Shown: positions 10,512-20,839 of the stretch, one piece after another
Position numbering within the stretch: the first letter of the stretch is position 1
Layout: every line of letters starts with the position of its first letter
DNA from: Alkalispirochaeta sp.
GTDB lineage: Bacteria > Spirochaetota > Spirochaetia > DSM-27196 > Alkalispirochaetaceae
DNA length: 64,000 nt
Assembly (NCBI GenBank): GCA_965242725.1
Contig: CBDESZ010000034.1
Location: 43,195-107,194, forward strand
Direction: 5' to 3'
Made by a program: the position numbers and the translations under genes
The notes under the pieces: generated by a model
Told to the model about the DNA's origin: nothing
The model's database searches: none
The model's input: only the letters and a program-made list of their open reading frames with translations

Positions 10512-11738
10512 TCAACCGGGAAAGAGCAGGGGCAGGGCAATAAAGGTACCGACCGCGCTTCCTACCGTTGAAAAGAAGAAGACCAGAAGGATCCGGGTGA
10601 GACGATTGCGGTAAAAGCCGCGAATGCTGGTGATATCGCTGTTCAGGTTTTCGAAATCCCTTACCCGCGGTTTACGCAGAAACGCCTCAAGGAGGCCCGT
10701 CACAAATCCCACGCCGACGGTGGGGTTCATGGAGGTGATCGGTGCGGCCGCGAAGGAGGCTATGATCGTGACCGGGTGGGCGAGGGCCGCGATCGCGCCG
10801 ACGGCGGAAAGGGTGCCGTTGACGAGAATCCACCGGATCAGGGACTGCACTCCCCCTTCCACTCCCCCGCGAAAGAAGCCCCAGATAATGAGGGCCGCCA
10901 CGACCGCAGGGACGACGTAGGGAATAGCCTTCTTGACCGGCCCGGGCGGGGGGATTACCTCGAGAGTCTCCTTATCGACATCGATCGTCCCCCGGGCAAA
11001 GGCCGTCAATTGTCGAACGATTCCCGGCACGTGGCCCGCCCCTACGACGGCGAGGACGCGTTTTCCCTCGGCGTCCCAGATGCTCCGCGCGAGGTACTGA
11101 TCCCGTTCGTCAATGAGCACTTCCTTCACCGACGGAAGGTAGTCTGCAAGATCCTGGAGCATCGTCTCCAGTTCGTTCTGTTCCTTCAGTTTTGCAAGAT
11201 CGTCTTCCGTGATTTTCTCCCGGGAAAAGGCGGCGGCGATCATGCTGGCGAGGAGCTTGTTTTTTCCCCAGAAGCCGGTTTTTGCCCATGCCCGCCGCAG
11301 CGTCGCCTGGACGGGACGGTCGCCGAAGGTGTACGCCACGCCCCGTTTCTGCGACGCCTTTACCGCGGCAATCATCTCTTCGCCGGGGGTCACCCCGGTA
11401 CTCTCCCCCATTCGTCGCTGAAAGGAACTGAGCACAAGGTTGCTCAGGAGGAGAAAGGCCTGCCGCCGGCGAATGATCTGAAAGATGTCGAGCTGGGACC
11501 AGTCCTTTTTCTGGGTCACCGAACGGTACCGGCCGGCGTCAATTTCAATGACCACGTGGTCCACCTCGGCACCGTCTATCGTCGCCTCTACGGCGTGAAC
11601 GCTGTCGCGGGATACGTGGGCCGTCCCGAGGAGGTAAAACTCCCGCTCCCCCAGGGTGATCACCTGCACACCGTGGCGGGCGGGATCGTACGCCGCCGTC
11701 TGTTCGTCGTCCTTGAGCTGCTCGTCGGTATTATTCAT
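10512..11738 (-). CDS. TraB/GumN (pheromone shutdown-like) family membrane protein
   Basis: LLGTAHVS, IEID..R, PGEEM, DRPVQATLRR, LIDERDQY, VVGAGHVPG, C-terminal TM helices. ATG overlaps the upstream stop. Confidence 0.88.
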   Translation of the reverse strand: MNNTDEQLKDDEQTAAYDPARHGVQVITLGEREFYLLGTAHVSRDSVHAVEATIDGAEVDHVVIEIDAGRYRSVTQKKDWSQLDIFQIIRRRQAFLLLSNLVLSSFQRRMGESTGVTPGEEMIAAVKASQKRGVAYTFGDRPVQATLRRAWAKTGFWGKNKLLASMIAAAFSREKITEDDLAKLKEQNELETMLQDLADYLPSVKEVLIDERDQYLARSIWDAEGKRVLAVVGAGHVPGIVRQLTAFARGTIDVDKETLEVIPPPGPVKKAIPYVVPAVVAALIIWGFFRGGVEGGVQSLIRWILVNGTLSAVGAIAALAHPVTIIASFAAAPITSMNPTVGVGFVTGLLEAFLRKPRVRDFENLNSDITSIRGFYRNRLTRILLVFFFSTVGSAVGTFIALPLLFPG

Positions 11739-12705
11739 CTGTCGTTTCCTTGTCGTAGTCGAGTGCGCCGATAAAGCGCTTGCGGAGTCCCTCATCCCCG
11801 GGGTAAAGGTCCCGAGGTATTGAACCACCGCCCATGTGAATATGACCGCCCCCCGATCCGATTCCCTCGAGGGCGCGATAGAGGACCACATCACAGGGAT
11901 AGTCGTTGTCCTCGCTGCGGACGGAAAGACGGTACTCGTCGCGATCGCCGCTTACGACGACGACGAAATGGACTTCCCTGAGGTTGAGAAAAAAGTCCGC
12001 AATGAGCGCCATCACCTCCGCCGTGTATTCGCCCTGAAGAACGATGAAGCTGAAAAACCTGGCAATCACACAGACGTCGATGGCCTGACGGAATGCGGCC
12101 AGATCGCTGAGAGAGAGGGAGTTCTTTAGGAGGCGTGCCGCGAGTTCCCAATTGCCGTGACGGAAGAGGATGTTGAAGGCGTCCAGATCCACCTCCGCCA
12201 CGCCGCGGGTCATGAAGGCGGTATCCATCATGAGGCCCATCAGGAGCGCCGTTGAAACCGCCGGTTCCATCGGTTCACCGGCGTCTCGATAGTACTCATA
12301 GAGAATTGTGGAGCAGGCACCGTAACTCTCCCTGATATCCGCGTATGGACACGTTGCCTCCCAGGGCGGCGGATGGTGGTCTATGACACCGACGATCTCG
12401 CCGGAAGACCCGGACATATTGGTATTACCGGCAAAGCCGTCCACCACAATTACCTGTGTCTCCTCCGTGAGACCAAGCTCCCGTATCGGCTGGATGTCTA
12501 TTTCCAGCGCCTTGATGGCGTCCCGAAGAGAATCGCTTTGGATAAGCCCCCCGTACCCGAGTCCGACTTTGAAGTCGCTCCGTCTGAGGAGACGGGAGAG
12601 GGCAAAGGCGGTACCGACGGCGTCGTGGTCGGGGAAGTCATGGGCCTGGACCACGACGGGACGTCTGGCGTCCAGGTGCTCAATCAATCCTTTTATACCA
12701 TTCAT
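11731..12705 (-). CDS. DHH/DHHA1 family phosphoesterase
   Basis: AHDFPDHDAVG, VVDG, IDHH, MDT, GGGH motifs. Confidence 0.88.
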   Translation of the reverse strand: MNGIKGLIEHLDARRPVVVQAHDFPDHDAVGTAFALSRLLRRSDFKVGLGYGGLIQSDSLRDAIKALEIDIQPIRELGLTEETQVIVVDGFAGNTNMSGSSGEIVGVIDHHPPPWEATCPYADIRESYGACSTILYEYYRDAGEPMEPAVSTALLMGLMMDTAFMTRGVAEVDLDAFNILFRHGNWELAARLLKNSLSLSDLAAFRQAIDVCVIARFFSFIVLQGEYTAEVMALIADFFLNLREVHFVVVVSGDRDEYRLSVRSEDNDYPCDVVLYRALEGIGSGGGHIHMGGGSIPRDLYPGDEGLRKRFIGALDYDKETTDE

Positions 12706-12718
12706 TCCGTTCTCCCTG

Positions 12719-14164
12719 TCAGGGTGCATCGGTAAGGGTGGCGTACCGCCGTCGGGCCGGCAGTTTTTCCGGGGCTCCCCGCAACTCATTGTCCGCCACT
12801 TCGCGGTACAGTGCGCGGGCACTGTGGATTCGGCGGTCCGCCTCGTATTGGCCGGCGAGCAAAAACTTCATGAAAAGCTGCAGACTCCTGTCCTGCTCGT
12901 TTTCAACGGCCCGGAGTATTCTTCCGTCGTCACCCGCCCGGCCCGACGCCGACCGAGTGAAATAGCGCGCCATTTCATAGTATAGAGAATCCTGTGGCAG
13001 GTCACGCGCGTTTTCCTCAAGGACCTCCGCCGCCCGCCCGTCGTCGCCATTGAGTTTCCAGCTGAGTGCGGTCAACAGGATCAGTCGCGGATCGACGGGG
13101 TCCGCCGGAGCGGCGCTGCGTCGGGCGCGGGTGAAGCTTCGCGCCGCCGTGGCAAAATCTCCTGAGGCAAGGGCAAGCATCCCGTAGGGTTCCAGCGCAG
13201 GATGGAAGTCGGGACGCAGGGCAAGGGCCGACTCGTAGTCCTCGATGGCGGCGGGTACGTTTTCAATTGCCATATAGCCCCGGGCGCGGTGAACATAGGC
13301 CATGAAAATATCCGGCCGCACTTCAATGAACGAGGAAAAATCATCCACCGCTCCGGTGAAATCATTTCGTTCCAATCTGACCAGTCCGCGATCATATCGA
13401 TGCCAGGGGTAGTCCGACTCGAGCTCTATGGCCGTGTCGAGGTCTTCTTCCGCCGCCGCGAGTTCATACTGCATAGCCCGAGCGCGGCTGCGGTCGGCAT
13501 AGGCAAAGCTGAACTCCGGTGCGATTTCGATCGCACGGGAAAGCGCCTCTTCCGCCTGTTCAGGTTCCTCGGTTCTCAGTTTCACGTTGCCTAGACCGAT
13601 GAGCGCCACGAAATGGTCGGGATTCGATTCCAGGGCGGTCGTAAATGCATCTTCCGCTGCGTTATACGCTCTCGCTTGTAGATGCATTTCACCCAACGCG
13701 GCGCGAGCGTCGCTGTGTGACGGATCAACCTCGACCACCTGCTCCAGCAGCATCCGCTCCTCCCGTTCCTCACCCCGGGCACCTGCAATGAGGGAGAGAC
13801 CGAAAAGGGCGTCGCCGTTTTCCGGGTCCATCGCGAGGGCGTCGGAAAACGCGTCCTCCGCCGACGCCATGTCACCGGCTGCGAGGTAAAGATTTCCAAG
13901 GAGAACCTGTGTTTCCGGAGAGTCCGGCGCTTCCCGCTCAGCCTCTTCATACGCGGCGATTGCTTCTTCCGGCCGGCCGAGGGAAACTGCGGCGCCGATC
14001 CGCTCGTAAAGCTCTTCCGCAGGATCGAGAACCGGTCGCTGTTGGGTTGGATCTTCCCGTTCAGGAGATTGTCCTCCGGCGCCGTCATCGGTGACGGAAT
14101 CGGGCAATGAGGCACAGCCGTACAATCCAGCGGTTATGACGGCTACGATGACAAGCGATCGCAT
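12719..14164 (-). CDS. Tetratricopeptide-repeat lipoprotein
   Basis: Lipobox-like LYGC after a hydrophobic signal; many 34-aa TPR repeats. Confidence 0.85.
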   Translation of the reverse strand: MRSLVIVAVITAGLYGCASLPDSVTDDGAGGQSPEREDPTQQRPVLDPAEELYERIGAAVSLGRPEEAIAAYEEAEREAPDSPETQVLLGNLYLAAGDMASAEDAFSDALAMDPENGDALFGLSLIAGARGEEREERMLLEQVVEVDPSHSDARAALGEMHLQARAYNAAEDAFTTALESNPDHFVALIGLGNVKLRTEEPEQAEEALSRAIEIAPEFSFAYADRSRARAMQYELAAAEEDLDTAIELESDYPWHRYDRGLVRLERNDFTGAVDDFSSFIEVRPDIFMAYVHRARGYMAIENVPAAIEDYESALALRPDFHPALEPYGMLALASGDFATAARSFTRARRSAAPADPVDPRLILLTALSWKLNGDDGRAAEVLEENARDLPQDSLYYEMARYFTRSASGRAGDDGRILRAVENEQDRSLQLFMKFLLAGQYEADRRIHSARALYREVADNELRGAPEKLPARRRYATLTDAP

Positions 14165-14215
14165 AGCGCGGAAGTATAGCAGATCATTTATTTCAGGGGA
14201 AAGGACGGGGGGCAC

Positions 14216-14248
14216 AAAAAAAAGAGGCCGGAATCAACGTCCGACCTC
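14216..14248 (-). terminator. Intrinsic terminator of dps
   Basis: Minus strand GAGGTCGGA-CGTTGAT-TCCGGCCTC followed by T8. Confidence 0.85.
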
Positions 14249-14262
14249 CTGGGGAAAGGGGA

Positions 14263-14733
14263 TTATCCCGCGAAGGCACTCCACATCCATCGTGCTTTTT
14301 CATATTTCTGCAGCATCTGTACACCGAAATCGGCGGTTGCTTCGTCGTTGTGTTCACCGGCGGTTTCGATCAGCTGTCGTACGGCTTTGACCTGATAGTC
14401 CAAATCCGCAAGAACGAGTTTGACCGTCTCGTCGGTGGTGTACTTGCGGCTCGAAAGCTCGTCTAGCGATGACATTTCAAGGTATTCCTTGAATGTCGTG
14501 ACCGGTCGTCGCCCGAGCATCAGTATCCGTTCCGCAACTTCATCGATATCTTCCGCCACGCCATCGTACATCTTTTCAAGTTCCTCATGGAGTGTGAAAA
14601 AGTTTTTCCCTTCCAGGTTCCAGTGCAGGGCGTGAAGATGGCCATAAATGACGTGGTAGTCCGCGAGCATGACGTTCAGCTTGTCCGTTACTGCGTCTAC
14701 CGCACCTTTTTCCAAATCAGTCTGTGTCATCAT
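14263..14733 (-). CDS. dps: Dps / DNA protection during starvation mini-ferritin
   Basis: HWNLEGKNFFTLHEELE..DEVAERI..EKARWM; AAGGAG RBS. Confidence 0.95.
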   Translation of the reverse strand: MMTQTDLEKGAVDAVTDKLNVMLADYHVIYGHLHALHWNLEGKNFFTLHEELEKMYDGVAEDIDEVAERILMLGRRPVTTFKEYLEMSSLDELSSRKYTTDETVKLVLADLDYQVKAVRQLIETAGEHNDEATADFGVQMLQKYEKARWMWSAFAG

Positions 14734-14764
14734 TGTGAATGCTCCTTGTCGTTCTTATAGCTAT

Positions 14765-14793
14765 ATTGTAATAAAATTCCCCGTCCGGGACAA
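14765..14793 (-). promoter_or_regulatory. Sigma70-type promoter of dps
   Basis: TTGTCC (14793-14788), 17 nt, TACAAT (14770-14765). Confidence 0.7.
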
Positions 14794-14794
14794 C

Positions 14795-14817
14795 TTATTA
14801 AGAATAATTCTTAATAA
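14795..14817. promoter_or_regulatory. Per/Fur-family operator (PerR/BosR-like box)
   Basis: Perfect 11-1-11 palindrome TTATTAAGAAT-A-ATTCTTAATAA upstream of dps; core resembles the 7-1-7 Per box TTATAATnATTATAA. Confidence 0.7.
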
Positions 14818-14863
14818 TATCGGGCCATTGGCGAGGGTCGTCGGGGTGGATATACTCCTCCCA

Positions 14864-16375
14864 ATGCCTGACACTGCCGGCGGCTCCTCTTCATTGTTCA
14901 GACGGTTGCGCGTCCTATCCATACCCATCATGCTCACCAACCTGCTGCAAATGACCTACAATTTGGTGGATGCGTGGTTTCTCGGCCGTCTCGGAGCGGC
15001 CGCCGTCTCCGCGCCGGCGCTCTCGTTCAGCTTTATCATGTTTCTTGCCGTGTTCGGGATGGGGTTTTCCATGGCGGGGACGACCCTTGTTGCCCAGGCT
15101 AAGGGCGCTTCTCGCCCGGATCGCGTCAATTTCTACGCCTCCCAGACGGTATCCATTGTCGGTTTGATTGGACTCATGGCGGGTATTATCGGGGTGTCCC
15201 TGACGACCCCGCTGCTTCATGTGTTGCGCGCTCCCCGGGAGGCGTTCGACTACGCCCAGGTCTACATGCGTATTGTCTTTTCCGGGATACCGGTCATGTT
15301 TTTCTTCTTTATCGTCCAGGCTCTCCTGCACGGAACAGGCGACTCCATGACTCCCCTGCGGATTCAGCTTATTACCGTCGTGATCAACGTAGTTCTGGAT
15401 CCCCTCCTTATTTTCGGTTTCGGTCCCATACCGGCGATGGAGGTTGCCGGTGCGGCGACGGCAACGGTCATCAGCCGATCCGCAGCAGCGATATTTTCGT
15501 TGATGGTTCTCATTCGGGGACGACACGGTGTGCGTATTCTTCCGGTCTACATGCGTCCCCGCCGGGAAGCATTCAGTCAGTTTATGGAAATCGGGCTTCC
15601 CGCCTCCCTGGGACAGGGCGTTTCAGCGCTGGGCTTTACCGTTCTGCAGGGGGTGGTGAACAGCTTCGGCGTCTCGGTGGTTGCCGCATTTGGAATTGCC
15701 AACCGGATAATCGGGCTGTTCAACATGCCCGCCGTCGGTCTGTCCAAGGCCACCGCAGCGATCGTCGGTCAGGAACTGGGCGCCGGACGTCCGGAAATGG
15801 CACGACACGCCGTGCGCCTGAGCGTTCTGTCGATGCTGGCTTTGATTATACCGGGAATGACCTTTACGTTTTTTTTCGGCAACGCTATGGTGCGGTTCTT
15901 TGTGGACGATCCGGAAGTGATCGCCCACGGCGCGCTCCTCTTCCGCATCGTTTCAGTCTCGGTCGTCCCGTTTACCCTCTTTACCGTCATTAACGGCGCC
16001 TTTGAAGGGGGCGGGGTCACCAGGCCGATTATGGTGCTGAGTATTTTCAGGCTCTGGGGTCTCCGCGTTCCCCTGGCGATCATCCTCTCAACCTCCCCCT
16101 TTCTTGGTGCGAACGGAATCTGGATTGCCATGTTCATTTCCAATATCGTCACCGCGACGTGGGGATTTCTCTGGTTACGCAGGGGCAGCTGGTTACGGAG
16201 GATTGAGCTCGTCCCGGGAGACGCCGCAACGGGGAATCGGGCTGACGCGGATTACGGGCCGGCGGATTCTGCAATCCCGAATTCTGCGGTAACTGCTGCC
16301 ACGGCGGTCGCCGCTCCCGTGGTCACGCCCGCTGCAACGCCCTCTACTCCGGCGAAACACCCGCCATCTTCTTGA
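14864..16375 (+). CDS. MATE family efflux transporter
   Basis: IPIMLTNLLQMTYNLVDAWFLGRLG, GTGDSMTP, NVVLDPLLIFG; about 12 TM helices. Confidence 0.92.
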   Translation: MPDTAGGSSSLFRRLRVLSIPIMLTNLLQMTYNLVDAWFLGRLGAAAVSAPALSFSFIMFLAVFGMGFSMAGTTLVAQAKGASRPDRVNFYASQTVSIVGLIGLMAGIIGVSLTTPLLHVLRAPREAFDYAQVYMRIVFSGIPVMFFFFIVQALLHGTGDSMTPLRIQLITVVINVVLDPLLIFGFGPIPAMEVAGAATATVISRSAAAIFSLMVLIRGRHGVRILPVYMRPRREAFSQFMEIGLPASLGQGVSALGFTVLQGVVNSFGVSVVAAFGIANRIIGLFNMPAVGLSKATAAIVGQELGAGRPEMARHAVRLSVLSMLALIIPGMTFTFFFGNAMVRFFVDDPEVIAHGALLFRIVSVSVVPFTLFTVINGAFEGGGVTRPIMVLSIFRLWGLRVPLAIILSTSPFLGANGIWIAMFISNIVTATWGFLWLRRGSWLRRIELVPGDAATGNRADADYGPADSAIPNSAVTAATAVAAPVVTPAATPSTPAKHPPSS

Positions 16376-17210
16376 GGAGCGCAATTTCCTCGGGCCACTT
16401 ATCGGTGTCCGGTGTCTCAAGAATGAAGGGTTTACCGTCCAGACGGGTGTCTTCCATGATGGCACGGAAGCCGTCAAGACTGATGTTGCCTTTTCCGATC
16501 GGCTCGTGGCGGTCCTTGTTGCTTCCCAGCTCACCCTGAGAGTCATTCAGGTGAAGGGCCACAAGCTTTTCCAGTCCCAGCAGTCGATCCACCTCGGTGA
16601 TGAGCTCATCCCACCCCTCGGGCGAGGCAATATCATAACCGGCCGCATAGGCGTGACACGTATCGATACAGATCGCCGTTCGATCCGGATGCCTGACCAG
16701 TTCGATGATCCGGGCGAGTTGCGCAATATTCCGTCCCATCGCAGTACCCTGGCCGGCGGTATTTTCAAGAACCAGCACACCGCCTTCCACCTTTTCCATG
16801 ACGCGATCCATGCCGTCGGCGATGCGGCGCAACGTCTCATCGTCGTCAAGTTCGCCCTTTGAAGTACCGGGGTGAAAGTTGAGCCACCGCAATCCGAGCT
16901 GGACCGTCCGGTCTAGCTCATCGGCAAGACCGGTGATGGACTTGTCCCGCACTTCGTCGCCTGGACTGCCGAGGTTCACCAGGTAACTGGCGTGGGGAAT
17001 CACGTGCTGCCAGGAATAGCCGGAATCGTTCATTGCGCCGTGGAAGGCCTGAATGGTCTCTTCCGTATAGGGCTTGGCGTGCCACTGGCGCTGGTTGCGG
17101 GTAAAAAGGGAAAACGCGGTCGCTCCAATCTCCTTCGCATTGCCCGGGGCGTTGTTCACTCCACCTGCGGCGCTTACATGGGCGCCGACAAAAACTGTTC
17201 GTGTACTCAC
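16344..17210 (-). CDS. nfo: Endonuclease IV (AP endonuclease family 2)
   Basis: GAHVSAAGG, PHASYLVNL, NFHPG, LENTAGQG, CIDTCH, HLNDS..DRHE, ILETP. GTG start estimated. Confidence 0.95.
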   Translation of the reverse strand: MSTRTVFVGAHVSAAGGVNNAPGNAKEIGATAFSLFTRNQRQWHAKPYTEETIQAFHGAMNDSGYSWQHVIPHASYLVNLGSPGDEVRDKSITGLADELDRTVQLGLRWLNFHPGTSKGELDDDETLRRIADGMDRVMEKVEGGVLVLENTAGQGTAMGRNIAQLARIIELVRHPDRTAICIDTCHAYAAGYDIASPEGWDELITEVDRLLGLEKLVALHLNDSQGELGSNKDRHEPIGKGNISLDGFRAIMEDTRLDGKPFILETPDTDKWPEEIALLKKMAGVSPE

Positions 17211-17322
17211 AATTACATTGTGCCCCGTGTTCCCTCTTGTCGCAAGTAAACAGTATTGGAGTTTCCACGCCGAAGTGAGAATATCTATCACATTATTACA
17301 GGAGGTGGTATAATTTCGGCGG

Positions 17323-18753
17323 GTGGGGAACAATTTGGCACGAGATCACACCGATAGTCGCTATGACGTACTCTTTACCGACCCGGACCTCACCTCCGCC
17401 TTGCGTCAGATCGGCGTTTTCGTCTCCAACTACCGCACCGGTGCCAACGTCCCGAGCAACCTCTGGATAGAACAGGGACTGTCGTCGGCGGATACCGGAG
17501 AAAATCTCGCGTGGTTGTCACAGGTTCACATAGACGATTCCCAGCGTGTACGCCGCGCGGTTACCGCCGTCCTGTCCGGTGAAAAAGACTCCTTTGAAGA
17601 GATATTTCGCTTTCGCCGTCCCGACGGATCCTACCGGTGGGTCGTCATTCGCGGTACGGCGATCACCAAGGATGAAAAAGGGCGGGCAGCCTACTTCATC
17701 GGCGTGGATATCGATATCAGCAGCTTCAAATCGGTGGAACAACAGCTTCAGCGACAGAACGACCAGCTGGAGACGCTCCACGATATCGCAACCGTCATCG
17801 GCGCGTCGCTGGATCTTGAGGAGACGGTAAACCGAATTCTTGAGGAAACTCGTCGAATCCTTCCCTATAACACCGCCACCGTCCAGCTTCTCGACGAGGG
17901 AAAGTTACGGGTTATCGGCTGTTACGGTTTTTCCGATCCGGAACGCATTATGAAATTGACCTTTCCCCATCCCGAGCGGGGAAGTCTGAGTACCGTCGCC
18001 ATAGACAGTCGCCGCCCCTGTTATTCCGGCGACGTGGAACGTGATTTTCCCGCCTTTGTCCAACCGATACCGGACCGGCCGGTCCACTCCTGGCTTGGAA
18101 TTCCCCTCATTCGACACGACCAGGTATTTGGCCTCGTCGCGGTGGACAGTTTTGCAAAGGATACCTACACGGAGGAACATGTACGGCTCGCGGCGACGAT
18201 CGGCGACCACATTGCGGTTGCCCTGGAGAACGCCCGCCTCCACGATGAGACGTATCAAATGGCAATGTCCGATTCGTTGACCGGCACGGGGAGTCGACGT
18301 CGCTTTCAGGTGGAAGGACGTCTCCTCTTCGAGACGGCCCAGCGGGAAGGTACGCCCCTCTGCATTCTGATGCTTGATATCGACCACTTCAAGGATGTGA
18401 ACGATCGGTTCGGCCACGCCGTCGGTGACGTGATTCTCAAGCGTATCGCCGATCGGTGCAGGAACGAACTGCGGGGAAGCGACCTCTTTGCCAGATATGG
18501 AGGTGAGGAGTTCGTCATTCTCCTGCCCGGGTCTACAGTCGGCGATGGAAAAACGCTGGCTCAGCGGATCTGTTCCACCCTCAGGAGTATTGATCATCCC
18601 GAAATTGACCGGCCGGTGACAATCAGTATCGGTGTGGCATGCGTGACGCCGAACCGTCGGGGAAAACTTGACGCCCTGGTACAGCGCGCAGATACCGCCA
18701 TGTACCGGGCCAAGACCCGGGGAAGAGACCAGGTCGTCGTCGCCGACCGGTGA
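17323..18753 (+). CDS. PAS-GAF-GGDEF diguanylate cyclase
   Basis: PAS/PAC (FRFRRPDGSYRWV), GAF (SWLGIPL), DIDHFKDVNDRFGH, RGSD I-site, RYGGEEF. Confidence 0.92.
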   Translation: MGNNLARDHTDSRYDVLFTDPDLTSALRQIGVFVSNYRTGANVPSNLWIEQGLSSADTGENLAWLSQVHIDDSQRVRRAVTAVLSGEKDSFEEIFRFRRPDGSYRWVVIRGTAITKDEKGRAAYFIGVDIDISSFKSVEQQLQRQNDQLETLHDIATVIGASLDLEETVNRILEETRRILPYNTATVQLLDEGKLRVIGCYGFSDPERIMKLTFPHPERGSLSTVAIDSRRPCYSGDVERDFPAFVQPIPDRPVHSWLGIPLIRHDQVFGLVAVDSFAKDTYTEEHVRLAATIGDHIAVALENARLHDETYQMAMSDSLTGTGSRRRFQVEGRLLFETAQREGTPLCILMLDIDHFKDVNDRFGHAVGDVILKRIADRCRNELRGSDLFARYGGEEFVILLPGSTVGDGKTLAQRICSTLRSIDHPEIDRPVTISIGVACVTPNRRGKLDALVQRADTAMYRAKTRGRDQVVVADR

Positions 18754-18808
18754 TCTTCAGCGGCCGACGGGTGAGTGTCCCTCTTCCCGGCCGGCCGCCG
18801 CGAAGCGG

Positions 18809-19840
18809 TCAGTCCGTACTTGATGCCGACCAGAGGTTGATATTGCTGTCCACCGCAAAGGAATCTATCCGTTTCAGCTCATCCTCCGTCAGCTCGGGAG
18901 CCTCGGTGGCCGCGACATTTTCTTCAATCTGACGGAGACTGCTCGCACCGATGAGGACGGAGGTGACCTCCTTTCTCCGCAGCACCCACGACAGCGCCAT
19001 TTGAGCAAGACTTTGGCCCCGCTCCCGGGCGATATCGTTGAGTCCGCGAATGCGGTCGAGCCGTTCCTTCGTCAGCATCTTCCTGCTCAATGCAGTGCCT
19101 TCCCGGCCGGCCCTGGAGTTTTCGGGAACGCCGTTGAGATACTTGTCCGTAAGCATTCCCTGGGCCAGCGGAGAAAAGGCTATGCATCCGATACCCTCAT
19201 CGGTCAGCGCATCAAGAAGACCTTCATCTTCAACCCAGCGGTTCAACATGGAGTAGGACGGTTGATGAATAACGACGGGCGTTCCCATTTTCCGCAGGAT
19301 CGCCGATGCCTCCCGCGTCTTTTCCGCTGAATAGGAAGAGATACCTGCGTACAGCGCCTTGCCCTGTCGTACCGCCGTGTCCAGCGCGGACATCGTCTCT
19401 TCAAGCGGTGTGTCCGGGTCGAAACGATGGGAATAAAAGATATCCACATACTCCAGCCCCATGCGCTGCAGACTCTGATCCAGACTGGCCAGGAGATACT
19501 TCCGGGAACCCCATTCGCCGAAGGGTCCGGGCCACATGAGATAGCCCGCCTTGGTTGAAATAATGAGCTCGTCCCGATACGCCTTCAGATCCTGGGCAAA
19601 GATCTTACCGAAGTTCTCTTCCGCAGAACCCGGGGGAGGACCGTAGTTGTTGGCCAGGTCAAAATGGTATATGCCCAGATCAAAGGCACCGCGGATCATC
19701 GTCCGTGCGTTATCAATTCGGTCCTCATCTCCGAAGTTGTGCCACAGCCCGAGGGAAACTTCCGGAAGGATGAGTCCGCTCCGCCCGCTTCTTCGTCGAC
19801 TGCACCGTTCGTATCGTGATTCATTCGCTTTATATTCCAT
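18809..19840 (-). CDS. Aldo/keto reductase, L-glyceraldehyde-3-phosphate reductase (YghZ/Gpr-like)
   Basis: SLGLWHNFG, FDLANNYGPPPGSAE, ISTKAGY, DIFYSHR. Confidence 0.92.
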   Translation of the reverse strand: MEYKANESRYERCSRRRSGRSGLILPEVSLGLWHNFGDEDRIDNARTMIRGAFDLGIYHFDLANNYGPPPGSAEENFGKIFAQDLKAYRDELIISTKAGYLMWPGPFGEWGSRKYLLASLDQSLQRMGLEYVDIFYSHRFDPDTPLEETMSALDTAVRQGKALYAGISSYSAEKTREASAILRKMGTPVVIHQPSYSMLNRWVEDEGLLDALTDEGIGCIAFSPLAQGMLTDKYLNGVPENSRAGREGTALSRKMLTKERLDRIRGLNDIARERGQSLAQMALSWVLRRKEVTSVLIGASSLRQIEENVAATEAPELTEDELKRIDSFAVDSNINLWSASSTD

Positions 19841-19930
19841 TGACTCAGTGTAGCGCCATCATCACGATTCCATCAACGGAGCGTCCCGTCGGCGTTACCT
19901 TCTATCACCGAGGTGTGGTAGAATCGAAAC

Positions 19931-20839
19931 ATGACATCGTGGTTAACCGTAGAATTCTGGCAACCGATTATGCAGAGCGTGGTGGAGTGGTTCGTCCGCG
20001 TCGTACCAGGCATCGCCCTCATTCTCATCATTGCCCTCGTGGCTTCCCGCCTCATGGGGAAGCTGCTGACCCGCATTTCCGCCACAATCACCCACAACCT
20101 GAAGAAATCGGCAACCACCGACCCTGCAGAACTTGACAAGCGGGTGAACACCCTTACGGGAATCCTGCACGCCGCATTCCGTCTGATTTTCTGGCTCATT
20201 GTGGTCATGCTCATACTGCGTCGCCTTGGAATAGACGTCGCCCCGATTATCGCCGGCGCCGGCATTCTGGGTCTCGCCGTTGGTTTCGGTGCCCAGGAGC
20301 TGGTCAGGGACTTCATTTCGGGCTTCTTTATTCTCATGGAGGATCAGATCCGCGTAGGCGACGTGGCGATCGTCAACGGGACGGGCGGCGTTGTAGAGCA
20401 GGTCGGTCTGCGGACGATCGTGCTCCGTGACGTTTCAGGGGTTGTCCACGTCTTTCAGAACGGCAAGGTCAACACGCTGTCCAACATGACCAAGGTGTGG
20501 TCGGCGATGGTCTTTGACATCGGCGTCGCCTACAAGGAAGACACAGACAGGGTCATTGAGACGATGACCTCCGTCGCCGCGGAACTCCGCAAGGACGAGA
20601 CTCTCGGGCCGGACATTCTGGAAGACCTCGAAGTCTTCGGAGTCGACTCCTTCGGCGACAGCGCGGTGGTCATCAAGGCACGGTTAAAGACAAAACCGAT
20701 CCGTCAATGGGCAATCGGACGGGAGTACCGACGTCGCCTGAAATATGCCTTTGATGCGGCAGGTATTGAGATACCGTTTCCCCACCGTACGCTATACTGG
20801 GGTAACGATCAAAACGATCATCAGGAGGAATCCACATGA
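19931..20839 (+). CDS. Small-conductance mechanosensitive channel (MscS family)
   Basis: GAGILGLAVGFGAQELVRDFISG..GIEIPFP. Confidence 0.92.
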   Translation: MTSWLTVEFWQPIMQSVVEWFVRVVPGIALILIIALVASRLMGKLLTRISATITHNLKKSATTDPAELDKRVNTLTGILHAAFRLIFWLIVVMLILRRLGIDVAPIIAGAGILGLAVGFGAQELVRDFISGFFILMEDQIRVGDVAIVNGTGGVVEQVGLRTIVLRDVSGVVHVFQNGKVNTLSNMTKVWSAMVFDIGVAYKEDTDRVIETMTSVAAELRKDETLGPDILEDLEVFGVDSFGDSAVVIKARLKTKPIRQWAIGREYRRRLKYAFDAAGIEIPFPHRTLYWGNDQNDHQEEST

